Origin: an uncultured bacterium
GTDB lineage: Bacteria; Patescibacteriota; Microgenomatia; Levybacterales; UBA12049
Assembly (NCBI GenBank): GCA_963826535.1
Contig: CAWGXL010000011.1
Span: 803,521 to 867,520 of the forward strand
Length of the DNA stretch: 64,000 nucleotides
Reading direction: 5' to 3'
The translations under genes and the position numbers were made by a program. The notes under the pieces are model-generated. The model was given only the letters and a program-made list of their open reading frames with translations, was not told the origin of the DNA and made no database searches. Of the stretch, positions 35,579 to 45,639 are shown in pieces (the first letter of the stretch is position 1; each line of letters begins with the position of its first letter).

Positions 35579-37094
35579 GTTGAGGTTGAGTCAACCAATT
35601 CGCGGATAGGGTTTCTGTTGAGGTTATTTGATCTGAATTCAGAATCCTGACTTTTTTGTAATTTTGGGGTTGAGAGAGATATTGTTTGATAATTTTATAT
35701 ATATCCAGGTCAAAAGTGTAATCATTGCCCCATTGTTCGATTGCCCCATTGTTAAATAATTCAGCTAATGATTGATTTGATGGGTTATTAATATTTGTAT
35801 CTTCCTGTTCTATTTTTACATTACCTAAATAACACCATTTGTTAATTAAGATATATTCTTTTTTATGAACGTCGCTTTCTTCTATAATTATTTGTCCAGG
35901 AAAAGGCCAAGGTTTTATTTTTGAAGATGCGAATGCGGTTATAAATTTTAGATTGTGAACAATCGGCTTTTCGGTGCCAATACATGCGCCTTTGCATCTT
36001 CCCAGTCTGTTAGCAAAACAGCCATTTTTGGAACGAGAGAGACCGGTTGATTCCAGTCCTAGTAATTTTTCGCAAAGTGAATATTTTTTTACAATATCTG
36101 CAAGAAATGATTTTGCTTGTTTTCGGGATCTAAAAAAACCTAGAAAAGAGTCTAACATTGTAGGATCAATGATAGTGATTGCCTCAAGAAAACATTCCCG
36201 GTATCCATTTTTGTTTAATTTGCTTTTTAGCGCAATTAGTTCATGTTTGACGCGGGATTTTTTATTATATAGTGGCAGAAGTTTTTTTATCAGTTCTGAT
36301 TCCAGAAAAAGTGCTCCGAGTTCTCCTGCTGTGGGAATGGTTTCAATATGTTCAATTTGTTGAGAAATTTTCATCTCAGTCGAAGAGTGGATGTCGGATG
36401 CGAAGTGTGACAGCACGCGGTCTCTGATATTTTTGCTTTTGCCAATGTAAAGAGGGATGCCATTTTCTGAATAAAAAATATAGACTCCAGGCTGTTCAGG
36501 TAAAGTATCAATTTCAGCGTGGGGGATTTTCAAAGGTAGGGAAGGTTTTTTGAGTGCTTTTTTAACGGCATTCTCAACGTGCTCGAGCGGGAAATCCTGG
36601 AGAATTTTATTGTAAAAGCTGACGAGTACTTTCGCATCATCGAGTGCTCGGTGACGTTTAACGCAGGTAAAGCCATGTCGTTCAATAAGGCTATCTAAAT
36701 TGTGATGCAGAAACTGAGGATAAAGAAGGCGTGAGAGACGGACTGTGCAAAAGTGCTTGGAGGAGAAAGAGATGTCACGTCTAAGGAATTCATTTTTCAG
36801 AAAACTATAGTCGAAGCGGACATTGTGGGCAATGAATATGCAGTCATTAAGTATGTCGAGTATGTCGGTTTGGATTTGACGGAATGTCGGTGCTTTTTCC
36901 AGATCTTGCTGTGTGATGCCCGTTAGTTGAGTGATCTCAGGTGCAAAACGCGTCTGCGGGTCGATGAGTGAGTGGAATGATTTTGTGATTTTATTGTCTT
37001 CTACGCGAAGAATACCGATCTCAATAACCCGGTCATAGAGAGAGTGCATTCCGGTTGTTTCGATGTCGACGAAAGCGAGTTTGGATGGCAGCAT
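35550..37094 (-). CDS. DnaQ-like 3'-5' exonuclease (DEDDh) fused to UvrC/Cho-like GIY-YIG nuclease domain
   Basis: Exo I FVDIETTG, Exo II IAHNVRFD, Exo III HRALDDA; then GVYIFYSENGIPLYIGKSKNIRDRV (GIY-YIG). Same architecture as mycobacterial Rv2191-type proteins. Confidence 0.75.
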   Translation of the reverse strand: MLPSKLAFVDIETTGMHSLYDRVIEIGILRVEDNKITKSFHSLIDPQTRFAPEITQLTGITQQDLEKAPTFRQIQTDILDILNDCIFIAHNVRFDYSFLKNEFLRRDISFSSKHFCTVRLSRLLYPQFLHHNLDSLIERHGFTCVKRHRALDDAKVLVSFYNKILQDFPLEHVENAVKKALKKPSLPLKIPHAEIDTLPEQPGVYIFYSENGIPLYIGKSKNIRDRVLSHFASDIHSSTEMKISQQIEHIETIPTAGELGALFLESELIKKLLPLYNKKSRVKHELIALKSKLNKNGYRECFLEAITIIDPTMLDSFLGFFRSRKQAKSFLADIVKKYSLCEKLLGLESTGLSRSKNGCFANRLGRCKGACIGTEKPIVHNLKFITAFASSKIKPWPFPGQIIIEESDVHKKEYILINKWCYLGNVKIEQEDTNINNPSNQSLAELFNNGAIEQWGNDYTFDLDIYKIIKQYLSQPQNYKKVRILNSDQITSTETLSANWLTQPQLKKETLNQV

Positions 37095-37233
37095 AATTTA
37101 GCAAATGGCTAATAGTTTATCAGATGTTGATTTTAGACTATTTTGGCTTGATATTCAATGAGGCGAAATTTATAAAGTTTCTTTTGATGCTCTCTTTTGA
37201 TGTCTTGATCGGTATTTAGGATAATGTTAGAAT

Positions 37234-37584
37234 ATGATCATGAATAAGTTAATTCCGATTAGTAAATTTTATAAAAACGCGAAACAGATTACCCATCTTT
37301 CTCAAACGTCCGTAGTTATAGATGAAAAAGGTAATCCAATAGGCTTTGTTTTCGGAAGAGACGCATTTATATCCGCCTTGGAGCATTTTGATGAAGCTTT
37401 TGAAGAAATGGTAAAAGACCAAAAATTGGCATATAATAATCCGGCGGGAAAATTAATTGACATTATTGAGGAAAAACTTCCTTTAAACCCTAATTTTGTG
37501 AAGGGGCTTAAAAAAACTGTAAAAGAGACAAAAAAGCATGAGTGGATTCCTTTTGAGGAAGTCGTGCGTTCTTTACATGTATAA
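37234..37584 (+). CDS. Putative antitoxin of RelE/ParE pair
   Basis: 116 aa; directly upstream of and overlapping (8 nt) a RelE/ParE toxin gene. Confidence 0.5.
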   Translation: MIMNKLIPISKFYKNAKQITHLSQTSVVIDEKGNPIGFVFGRDAFISALEHFDEAFEEMVKDQKLAYNNPAGKLIDIIEEKLPLNPNFVKGLKKTVKETKKHEWIPFEEVVRSLHV

Positions 37585-37834
37585 TGTTGTATTTACACCT
37601 CACGCAAAAAAGGATTTGATAAAGCTCCCCAAAAATGTTCAAAATAGAATAATCAAAAAAATTAAATTTTTTACAAATAGCGAAAATCCGTTAGCATTTT
37701 CAAAACCATTGATAAATTTGCCTCCTCTTACCCACCGTTTCAGAGTCGGAGATTACAGAGTTGCCTTTTATATTACGGAAAATATCATAACAATTGACCG
37801 AATCGAGCATAGAAAAGATGTCTATTTGAATTAA
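37577..37834 (+). CDS. RelE/ParE family toxin
   Basis: MYNVVFTPHAKKDLIKLPKNVQNRIIKKI...FRVGDYRVAFYITENIITIDRIEHRKDVY - classic RelE/ParE core. Confidence 0.7.
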   Translation: MYNVVFTPHAKKDLIKLPKNVQNRIIKKIKFFTNSENPLAFSKPLINLPPLTHRFRVGDYRVAFYITENIITIDRIEHRKDVYLN

Positions 37835-37836
37835 GC

Positions 37837-39540
37837 ATGGAAAAAATATTTTTTGAAATAACTGTAGTTATATGTATTGCTGCGGCACTAGCTATTGTAT
37901 TCAGGTTTTTTAAACAGTCTGAGATTCTTGCTTATATATTGACCGGGATTATTCTGGGGCCACTTGCATTTGTCAAACTTGATAGCGGGGAAGTGATGCA
38001 TTCTTTGGGACAAATCGGGATTACTTTACTACTATTCATGTTGGGTTTGGAGCTTCGGGTGAGTGAGATCCGGTCGGTTGGGAAAGTGGCTCTAATAACC
38101 GGGACAGGGCAGATAATTTTTACTACCGGCGTTGGTTTTCTGCTGTGTATTGTTTTGGGCTTTTCGTCTTTGACTTCGTTATATATGGCTATTGCATTGA
38201 CATTTTCAAGTACGATTATTATTGTAAAACTTCTTTCAGATAAGAAAGATCTGAATAGCCTTTATGGGAAAATATCAATTGGAATTTTACTCGTTCAAGA
38301 TTTTGTGGCGATTATGGCTCTTATTTTTCTTTCGGGATTTCAGAATGGCGGTGAGTCCGGCCTGCCTGCCGGCAGGCAGGTCTCTCCCCTCAGTTTCGGA
38401 TTTTTAATACTTAAAACAGTTGTGCTTTTTGGAGTGGTTATTCTTTTAAGTAATACGATTTTGCCAAAACTTATTAATAAAATTGCGAGGTCTTCGGAAA
38501 TACTTTTCTTATTCAGTCTGGCATGGGCTTTTGGCATGTCAGCGCTTGTCAGTTCGCCTCTAATTGGATTTTCTATAGAAATAGGAGGATTCTTGGCCGG
38601 GCTTGCGCTGGCTAATTCAATGGTGAATTTTCATATTGTGGCAAAAGTAAAAGCGCTTAGGGATTTTTTCATCACAATCTTTTTTGTTACTTTGGGTATG
38701 AGTCTGGTTTTTGATGATATATCCAGAATTTGGATCCCTGCAGTTATATTGGCACTTTATGTACTTATTGGAAATCCAATTATCATGACGTGTATTTTGG
38801 GTTTTTTGGGATACAGAAAAAGGACATCGTTTCTAGTCGGATTGACAATTGCGCAAATTTCAGAGTTCAGTATGATCTTGGTTTTTATGGGAAGTAAATT
38901 AAATCATGTAAGTGACGAGATTGTATCTATTATTACATTAGCCGGGACAATTACATTTGTATTTTCACCTTATATGATTATGAACGGTAATTTAATTTAT
39001 AAAAAAATGTCTCCATATTTATCCATTTTTGAACGGAAAAAAACGCAGGAGCAAACTATTGAAACAGAAAATTTTAATAATCATGTTATTATGGTCGGAG
39101 CTAATAGAATGGGGGAAAGTATTCTGGATGCATTTATAAAGAATGGAACGGATGTACTAGTTGTAGATTTTGATCCAGATGTGATCTCGCGCTTATCTAA
39201 GAAAAAAGTCCGTAGTCTTTACGGAGACATTGTGGACATTGAGATTCAGGAAAAAATAAATCTTAACAAAGCCCGGCTTGTTGTTTCAACCGTTCCTGAT
39301 GTTGATGATAATTTAATTCTGCTTGAAAGTCTACGGATCCAGAATAAAAAGGCACTGGTTGTGCTTTGCGCTATGGAGAAGGAAGATGCAACGGTTTTGT
39401 ATAAAGCAGGCGCGGATTATGTTGTATTACCGCATTTGGCGGGCGGGAGGCATTTGGCAAAAATATTGGTTGATAAGAATCATCTTGAGATTATTGAGGA
39501 CTATAAAGCCCGAGACCGTTCGGTTCTTCTAACGGGGTAA
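37837..39540 (+). CDS. Monovalent cation:proton antiporter (CPA2) with C-terminal RCK/TrkA-N domain
   Basis: 12-13 TM helices then Rossmann HVIMVGANRMGESILDAF; contains a perfect GC palindrome in-frame at 38361-38380. Confidence 0.8.
   Translation: MEKIFFEITVVICIAAALAIVFRFFKQSEILAYILTGIILGPLAFVKLDSGEVMHSLGQIGITLLLFMLGLELRVSEIRSVGKVALITGTGQIIFTTGVGFLLCIVLGFSSLTSLYMAIALTFSSTIIIVKLLSDKKDLNSLYGKISIGILLVQDFVAIMALIFLSGFQNGGESGLPAGRQVSPLSFGFLILKTVVLFGVVILLSNTILPKLINKIARSSEILFLFSLAWAFGMSALVSSPLIGFSIEIGGFLAGLALANSMVNFHIVAKVKALRDFFITIFFVTLGMSLVFDDISRIWIPAVILALYVLIGNPIIMTCILGFLGYRKRTSFLVGLTIAQISEFSMILVFMGSKLNHVSDEIVSIITLAGTITFVFSPYMIMNGNLIYKKMSPYLSIFERKKTQEQTIETENFNNHVIMVGANRMGESILDAFIKNGTDVLVVDFDPDVISRLSKKKVRSLYGDIVDIEIQEKINLNKARLVVSTVPDVDDNLILLESLRIQNKKALVVLCAMEKEDATVLYKAGADYVVLPHLAGGRHLAKILVDKNHLEIIEDYKARDRSVLLTG
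38361..38380. repeat. Perfect 20-bp GC palindrome inserted in-frame in the antiporter gene
   Basis: cctgcctgccggcaggcagg (encodes ...LPAGRQ...) within a locally GC-rich about 45-bp patch in an AT-rich gene; related gcctgccggcaggc at 58019-58032. Confidence 0.6.
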
Positions 39541-39578
39541 TAAATGGAATAAGTTACTCAAGTTATAAAAAAATGATT

Positions 39579-39606
39579 TGTCATTCCCCTGGACAGGGGA
39601 ATCCAG
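39579..39606. repeat. Palindromic element, left copy of an empty pair
   Basis: tgtcattcccctggacaggggaatccag. Confidence 0.65.
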
Positions 39607-39661
39607 AAGATATAAATATTTCTACATTAAAAAAGTAAATGGAAAAACTTATTTTTACCTA

Positions 39662-39689
39662 CTGGGTTCCCGCGTTCGCGGGAATGACA
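39662..39689. repeat. Palindromic element, right copy of an empty pair
   Basis: ctgggttcccgcgttcgcgggaatgaca; reverse complement of the 34589 copy type; 55-bp AT-rich spacer between the two. Confidence 0.65.
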
Positions 39690-39712
39690 ATAAACTGGGT
39701 AGCACGAGCAAG

Positions 39713-40585
39713 TTATTTCTCTTCGAATGGGTGTTCGTTGGGGATTTCGCCGTCCAGTATATTCGGGAGGTTTTTCCAGGATTTGTTGATGCGGTGGTCG
39801 GTGAGGCGGTCTTGGGGGAAGTTGTAGGTTTTAATTTTTTCTGAGCGCATACCACGGCCTACTTGTGTAGCTCTGAGAGAAGCGATTTGGGTCTGCTGTT
39901 TTTCGAGTTCTATTTCCCAGAGTTTGGCGCGGAGTAATTTCATAGCGATTTCGCGATTTTGTATTTGTGAACGCTCGGCTTGGGCTGTTACAACAAGACC
40001 GCTGGGTTTATGACGGATGCGCACGGCAGTTGAGACTTTGTTTACATTTTGCCCGCCATGGCCTCCGCTACGAAATGCTTCGAACTCAATGTCATCGGGG
40101 TTAATATGTAAATCTATATCTTCAAGTTCAGGGAGAATAGAAACAGTGCTGGTTGAAGTATGAATGCGGCCTTTTTTTTCGGTTGCAGGTGTTCTTTGGA
40201 CTCGATGGACACCTGCTTCAAATTTAAATATATTAAATGCGCCTTTCCCTAATATTTTAATTATGTATTCATCCAGTCTTTCGACTGTGAAGCCTTTTTT
40301 TTGCGCGAAACGGGTGTACATACGCAGGAGTTCTTCCGCCCATAATTTGGCCTCGTCACCGCCGGCTGCGCCTTTGACTTCAAGAATGATATTGCGTTCA
40401 TCGAAATTATCCTGCGCCTTTGTTTGGGAATTTTTTAGACTATCTTCAATCACTTTTTTTTCTTCTTCAAGATTAGTTAGTTCTTGCTGGGCTAAGGTTA
40501 TTAATGCAGGATCGGAAAGTAAGGTTTTTGTTTCCTCGATTTTTTGTTCAAGCTCCTGAAGTTGTATTAATCGGTAGTCGGACAT
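39713..40585 (-). CDS. prfA: Peptide chain release factor 1 (short form)
   Basis: GGQ motif [12 protein letters not shown]; PAT tripeptide ([14 protein letters not shown]) marks RF1 rather than RF2; no frameshift site. Confidence 0.8.
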   Translation of the reverse strand: MSDYRLIQLQELEQKIEETKTLLSDPALITLAQQELTNLEEEKKVIEDSLKNSQTKAQDNFDERNIILEVKGAAGGDEAKLWAEELLRMYTRFAQKKGFTVERLDEYIIKILGKGAFNIFKFEAGVHRVQRTPATEKKGRIHTSTSTVSILPELEDIDLHINPDDIEFEAFRSGGHGGQNVNKVSTAVRIRHKPSGLVVTAQAERSQIQNREIAMKLLRAKLWEIELEKQQTQIASLRATQVGRGMRSEKIKTYNFPQDRLTDHRINKSWKNLPNILDGEIPNEHPFEEK

Positions 40586-40588
40586 TTG

Positions 40589-40888
40589 CTATTTTAGGCC
40601 TATGAGCATTTCTCGGAGTGTTTTGGGGCCTTCTTGTGATTTTTTCTTTTCTTCAATTTTTTTCACTTTTTTCTGTTGGTATTTTTGAGCATTTTCTTGT
40701 TTGGTCTGGAATTTTTTAATTAATGATCCGGAGTCTACAAATTTTTGCTGTCCGGTGTAGAATGGATGGCAATCGCTGCAGAGTTCTATGTGAATTGTTT
40801 CCCGGGTAGATCCGGTGGTAAAACGATTACCACAGACACAAATGACTTGAGCGTTGTCGTAAAATTTAGGATGAATATTTGCTTTCAT
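40589..40888 (-). CDS. rpmE: 50S ribosomal protein L31 with C-terminal Lys-rich extension
   Basis: MKANIHPKFYDNAQVICVCGNRFTTGST...HIELCSDCHPFYTGQQK. Confidence 0.85.
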   Translation of the reverse strand: MKANIHPKFYDNAQVICVCGNRFTTGSTRETIHIELCSDCHPFYTGQQKFVDSGSLIKKFQTKQENAQKYQQKKVKKIEEKKKSQEGPKTLREMLIGLK

Positions 40889-41012
40889 TATACTTATTAT
40901 AGCCTAATTTTGAATGCTTAGCAAGTGAAAAGTAGGAAGATTATTCTGCACAGATGTAAAAATCTCATTAAAAATATCTAGCGAGCTTCTGCGCGTCAGT
41001 GCAAAATAGTGT

Positions 41013-42395
41013 TTATTGAGTTTGGGGTAGTTCGGCTTTGATAAGCTCTTCGGTTCCTTTCGTAGTAGTTTCAATTGCAGCAGCAGCAATTGCCCCCAAT
41101 AAAAATAGTAACACTTTGCCCAAAGTCAATTTATTTTTTTCTTCTGGCGTTAGATTGTCTCCTTTATTTTCAAGTTGATTTATTTCTTGTTTAAGATTGT
41201 TTTGTTCTGTTGAAATATTTTCAGGTTTAATATTTTTTAATGTATCTGCTGTTGAAATAATCGTATCTGGATTTTGGCTTAATTTTTTAATAATCTCCGC
41301 TCTTTTATCCGGAGATACTTTCATATCGGCCAATTGTGCTCCGATTTCACCCATAGCATTTAACTGTTTTTGTTCTTGGGATAATTCATTTTTCTCGGCA
41401 GATTCTGCAGGAGGTTGTGCTTCCGTTGCTTGCGTAGCAGGCTTATCTTCAATTTTCGTTGTAGGTTCAATTGCTTGAACTTGAGGTTGCTCGGGAGCCG
41501 GGTGTTCAACCTTGGCCGTGTCCGGTAGTGGTGATTCACCAGAGGGTGGGGGAGAACTTGATTCAGCAGTTACAGGTTGGGATCGTTCTCCGCCTGATGA
41601 TTGGTTTTTAGTTGCCAGGCGTGCTGCTTTTTTCATATCTAGTTCCGCGTTTTTGTCCTTGACCCATTTAGCCTTTCTGTCAGCTAGTTGTTGGGCTGAT
41701 TCCGTAACAGGCTTCTCAACTCTGGTAGTATCTGCATTTGGCGTTTCGGAAACGGGTGGAGGTTTGGGTTGTCCGGATTTCGCTTTTCCTAACTTGCCTT
41801 GGACCCAGGCTTTCAAGTTCTTTTTGTAATTTTCTGCCCGGGTACGCTCATCATTTTGTAAGGCTTGTTCAGTAACAGGAAGTTTAACATTAGCTTGTTC
41901 GGCATTCGGTGTTTCGGCAGTTTGTGGGGGAGAGGTTGCTTCTGCTGTTGGAGTAGTTTGTTCGGGAGCCGTCTGTGTTGTTTTAGTTTCTGTTTGTTGT
42001 TCCTGCGATGGTTTTGGAACAGAGGGTTCAACTTGGACCGTATCGAGTTTTGTTACTTCATCTGGTTGTCGGGACGATTTTGCTTCAGCTAAAGGCTTAA
42101 CACTTGCAGCCGCTTTTGTATCTAGGGTGTCTTGATTTTTGCTATTGTCGGTGGATGCATTTTGTTTGTATTCTATCTGCGGTTTATCTTTGCCTGTCTT
42201 AAAAAACATTTCCATTATACCCCTAGCATCTTTGCCTTGGCCTATTTTAATAGTGTCAAGTACTCCTTGTGCTTGTGCATCTTTTGGCTTAGGAGTTTCC
42301 GCTGGTTTTACAGACTGACTCATCTCTGCTCCTTTTTCCCGTATTGATGGAGTTGTTTCACTGCTTGTCGTATTCATTATTAGTACTTTTACCAA
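41013..42395 (-). CDS. Low-complexity Pro/Thr/Glu/Lys-rich protein with single C-terminal TM helix (tail-anchored)
   Basis: 460 aa, PEQTTPTAEATSPPQTAETP repeats; C-terminal LGKVLLFLLGAIAAAAI. Confidence 0.45.
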   Translation of the reverse strand: MVKVLIMNTTSSETTPSIREKGAEMSQSVKPAETPKPKDAQAQGVLDTIKIGQGKDARGIMEMFFKTGKDKPQIEYKQNASTDNSKNQDTLDTKAAASVKPLAEAKSSRQPDEVTKLDTVQVEPSVPKPSQEQQTETKTTQTAPEQTTPTAEATSPPQTAETPNAEQANVKLPVTEQALQNDERTRAENYKKNLKAWVQGKLGKAKSGQPKPPPVSETPNADTTRVEKPVTESAQQLADRKAKWVKDKNAELDMKKAARLATKNQSSGGERSQPVTAESSSPPPSGESPLPDTAKVEHPAPEQPQVQAIEPTTKIEDKPATQATEAQPPAESAEKNELSQEQKQLNAMGEIGAQLADMKVSPDKRAEIIKKLSQNPDTIISTADTLKNIKPENISTEQNNLKQEINQLENKGDNLTPEEKNKLTLGKVLLFLLGAIAAAAIETTTKGTEELIKAELPQTQ

Positions 42396-42462
42396 GTCAT
42401 GCTTTTATGATTTTTTTATTCTTAATAAACATTTATTTAAAATATTTATTTTATATTTGGCT

Positions 42463-43437
42463 TTAGATGTTTTCGGTTTTTTGGTGATCAATAACATTTA
42501 TGTTCTGATTGGCGATTTGCGCTTGTGGTCTGGGTCTTAATAGATGGAAGGGGTGGTAGTGGATGCGGCCTTCGGAGATGAAGATGCCTATAAATATTAG
42601 CGCTGCGCCCAAAAGAAATGTGGTTGTAATAGTTTCTCCCAGTAAAGGTTTGGCAATGAGTATGGCGATAAGCGGATCAGCATAGGAGAAGACAGCGACT
42701 TGATTGGCAGATATATATTTCATGGCAAATGTGTGAAGAGTATAGGCAACTGTTGAACAAAGTACGGCACCAAATAAAATGCCTATAATGCTTTTTAAGT
42801 CAAAGCTGAGTAGTTGGCTTGTATTTCCGGCTTCAAGAAAAACTAGAGGCAGGAAACTGATAGAAGTTATAGTAAAAATCCAGAATGTTAAGGTCAATGG
42901 ATTATATTTGGGAGCAATTTCTTTAAGCATAAGTGTGTAAAAAACCGAAAGTCCCATTGAGACAATGAATAATAAATTGCCAATTAGCGAGCTGTCCATG
43001 CCGTTTTCAAACAGTGGACGCATAACAATTATTACGACCCCAATGAGGCTGATAATTGTACCTTGGACCATTTTTTTCTTCAATTTTTCATGTAGAAAGA
43101 TTGTTGAACCAATGATTAAGAAGATTGGGGCAGCTGATGCTATTACAGGTACATTAATACTTGGTGAGAACTTTAGTCCAACATAATAATAGGCGATATG
43201 GAAGGTTAGTCCGATTACCGATATAAACATGAGTATTGGCCAATCCGCGCTATGTATTTTAAGTTTTTTGCGGATAAAGGGATAAAGAATAGCTGCAGCA
43301 AGCGAAAAGCGAAGAAAAGCGAGAGTAAAAGGTTGGATTTCGTCTAAAGACCATTTAAAAATAGGCGGCGCCGCGCCCCAAATAAGGTTGGCAACGATTA
43401 AGGAGAGTACTGCGAGTTGAATCTTGGACAGTTTCAT
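42463..43437 (-). CDS. EamA/DMT superfamily transporter
   Basis: 10 TM helices, two EamA repeats (LIVANLIWGAAPPIFK...). Confidence 0.7.
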   Translation of the reverse strand: MKLSKIQLAVLSLIVANLIWGAAPPIFKWSLDEIQPFTLAFLRFSLAAAILYPFIRKKLKIHSADWPILMFISVIGLTFHIAYYYVGLKFSPSINVPVIASAAPIFLIIGSTIFLHEKLKKKMVQGTIISLIGVVIIVMRPLFENGMDSSLIGNLLFIVSMGLSVFYTLMLKEIAPKYNPLTLTFWIFTITSISFLPLVFLEAGNTSQLLSFDLKSIIGILFGAVLCSTVAYTLHTFAMKYISANQVAVFSYADPLIAILIAKPLLGETITTTFLLGAALIFIGIFISEGRIHYHPFHLLRPRPQAQIANQNINVIDHQKTENI

Positions 43438-43470
43438 TGTGTAGACTTATTCTACTATATCATATTTTTA

Positions 43471-44745
43471 TTACTTGAGCGCTTCCAGGAGTTTTTCGAG
43501 GGTGTATTGTTTTTGCAGACGGGTTTTTAGGTTTTTTAGGGTTACTACATTTTTTTCTAATTCTTCAGGACCAATTATAATCACATTTGGAATTCCTTTT
43601 TGGTCTGCATATTTGAGTTGTTTTTCCAGAGGATTTTTTTCTTTTATTTCACCGAGATATATTTCAGTGTTGATATTGTCCGAACGAAGAATGGAGGCGA
43701 TTTGTAGAGATTGTTTCATGAGTTTTTCATTAAACACTGTTATCAGTACTTGAGCTACTTTTGCTTTTATATCAGGAATTTTATTGAATTGTTTGAGCAA
43801 TTCTTGTATAGGCATATCTCCCGGCGCCATTCCAACTCCGGGAATTCTTTCTCCCCCAATTGTTGCTGTTAAATTATCAAACCTGCCACCACCAAAAATT
43901 GCCCTTTTCAATCCTTGAGTTTTATCCCATGCTTCAAAGACAGTACGAGTATAGTAGTCAAAACCTCTAAATATTTTGGGATCAAATTCTATATATTGCT
44001 TAATATCAGAGTAATTTTCTAATGAATTAAATACTTTTTTCAGCCATTCGGATTTTGTGTAATCCTTGTTATCTATGAATTCAAATAGTGATTCTATTTG
44101 ATTTTCAGATAAGTCAGAGGTCTTTTTTATTTTTGCTAACAATTCAACTCTAGGAAGTTTATCAATTTTGTCGAGTAATCTAATTAATGTAGGACGATCC
44201 TTTATGGCAATATTTTGTTTATCACAAAAATCTTCAAAGAATGATCTGTCGCTTACTTTGATTACTACTTCATCAGGCGTAAGATTCAGTTCTTTAAAAA
44301 ATTCGGCTGCAATTGCCAGGATTTCTGCGTCGGCTTCCGGTGTTTCGGGACCTAAGATATTGATTTCCCATTGGAAGAATTCCCGGCCTCTCCCTTTTTG
44401 GGGCTGTTCATATCTCCAACCGCGGCCAAACATAAACCATCTAATTGGTTTTAATAGTTCCTGAGATTTTTGAGCGACCATACGAGCGACAGTGGGGGTG
44501 AGCTCGGGACGCAAGACAAGCAGATTGTTGTCTTTGTCTTTTAGTGTAAAGACTTGTTCTTTCAAAATTTCTTCATTTGTTTTATTTGCGTATAAGTCAA
44601 GATATTCAATTTCCGGTCCGTCATATTCTTGATAACCAAATTTTTCAGATACTTTTTTCATTTTTTGGTACAACCAATTGCGGAGCGCTAAATCATCCGG
44701 GTAAAAATCTCTGGTTCCTTTAACTGGCGATATTGTTTTATTCAT
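43471..44745 (-). CDS. hisS: Histidine--tRNA ligase
   Basis: Class II motifs: KGTRDFYP (motif 1 region), FRYEQPQKGRGREFFQ (motif 2), GGGRFD (motif 3); C-terminal anticodon-binding domain present, so HisS rather than HisZ. Confidence 0.8.
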   Translation of the reverse strand: MNKTISPVKGTRDFYPDDLALRNWLYQKMKKVSEKFGYQEYDGPEIEYLDLYANKTNEEILKEQVFTLKDKDNNLLVLRPELTPTVARMVAQKSQELLKPIRWFMFGRGWRYEQPQKGRGREFFQWEINILGPETPEADAEILAIAAEFFKELNLTPDEVVIKVSDRSFFEDFCDKQNIAIKDRPTLIRLLDKIDKLPRVELLAKIKKTSDLSENQIESLFEFIDNKDYTKSEWLKKVFNSLENYSDIKQYIEFDPKIFRGFDYYTRTVFEAWDKTQGLKRAIFGGGRFDNLTATIGGERIPGVGMAPGDMPIQELLKQFNKIPDIKAKVAQVLITVFNEKLMKQSLQIASILRSDNINTEIYLGEIKEKNPLEKQLKYADQKGIPNVIIIGPEELEKNVVTLKNLKTRLQKQYTLEKLLEALK

Positions 44746-44827
44746 AATGGTGTTTAATCATGAGTTTATTATACATTGAAAAGTTGAAAGTTTAAAGCGC
44801 AGCTAAAAATATAAAAATTGTACCTCA

Positions 44828-45538
44828 CTACATCAGTCTCCTTTTTTGTTGGGCGATAGTTATTTTATCTCTTATATCATCAAGAATCTGCTTGTCTCTT
44901 TGGCTCATTTTTTCTTCAGATTCAATCAGCCGTGTAGCGACTTGGTGAAATCTTTCAAGTTCTATAATATTGTTTGCCGCAATTGTCCGGCCTGAATCAA
45001 CCACATCAATTATTCCGACACAATCGTTAAATACATACTGTATTGCTTCTGTTTTTCCGGGAGATTCAAATATCGTAATTTCTTTTACACCTCTTTCATT
45101 TAAAGTTTCTTTGGAGATATTGGGAAATTTTGTGACAACCATTTTATTTTTTAAATCAATTACTCCAATTGATCCGTTTCTTATTCTTGTTTCTTGTTCA
45201 AATCGTTTAGTTACGCCTATAAAAAGAGCAGGTCTAGTTATGTCTGGGAAGAGTTCGTATATCGGAAGTGCTTCGCCTGCATTGGCGTTGAGTCCGGCTT
45301 CCCATAAGATGTCACTTCCGGTTATCCCTGCTTTTAAATTTGAGCGGGTGTCTTTTAGAATGCGCGGTATATCGCTTGCCCGCATAACGATAAGATCAAG
45401 CGGCATATTTTTTACCGGAACAAGATACTGCTTGCCGCAGTCCGTAAAATCCAGACCAACTGCTTTTAACAGTTTGTTAACATTTGTTTGTAGTTCTCCG
45501 CCGGGAAGAGCTATTCTTGTACGTTCGATATCTTTCAT
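44828..45538 (-). CDS. hisG: ATP phosphoribosyltransferase (HisG-like)
   Basis: TRIALPGGEL (cf. RIAIPSKGRL), DIPRILKD...GITGSDIL, C-terminal DVVDSGRTIAANNI (cf. DLVSTGATLRANGL). Confidence 0.65.
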   Translation of the reverse strand: MKDIERTRIALPGGELQTNVNKLLKAVGLDFTDCGKQYLVPVKNMPLDLIVMRASDIPRILKDTRSNLKAGITGSDILWEAGLNANAGEALPIYELFPDITRPALFIGVTKRFEQETRIRNGSIGVIDLKNKMVVTKFPNISKETLNERGVKEITIFESPGKTEAIQYVFNDCVGIIDVVDSGRTIAANNIIELERFHQVATRLIESEEKMSQRDKQILDDIRDKITIAQQKRRLM

Positions 45539-45639
45539 AAAAAAACATTTTTTTCAACAAAAAAACCTCACGTTCGTTATTTACCATTTGGCCTATATGA
45601 ATAGGTAATGGTGAAATAAGGAACGAGAGGTATTCGACG

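Noticed and set aside
39713-40585. Release factor gene checked for the programmed +1 frameshift typical of prfB
   Set aside because: Protein carries the PAT tripeptide (RF1 signature) and a single uninterrupted ORF, so it is prfA with no frameshift.
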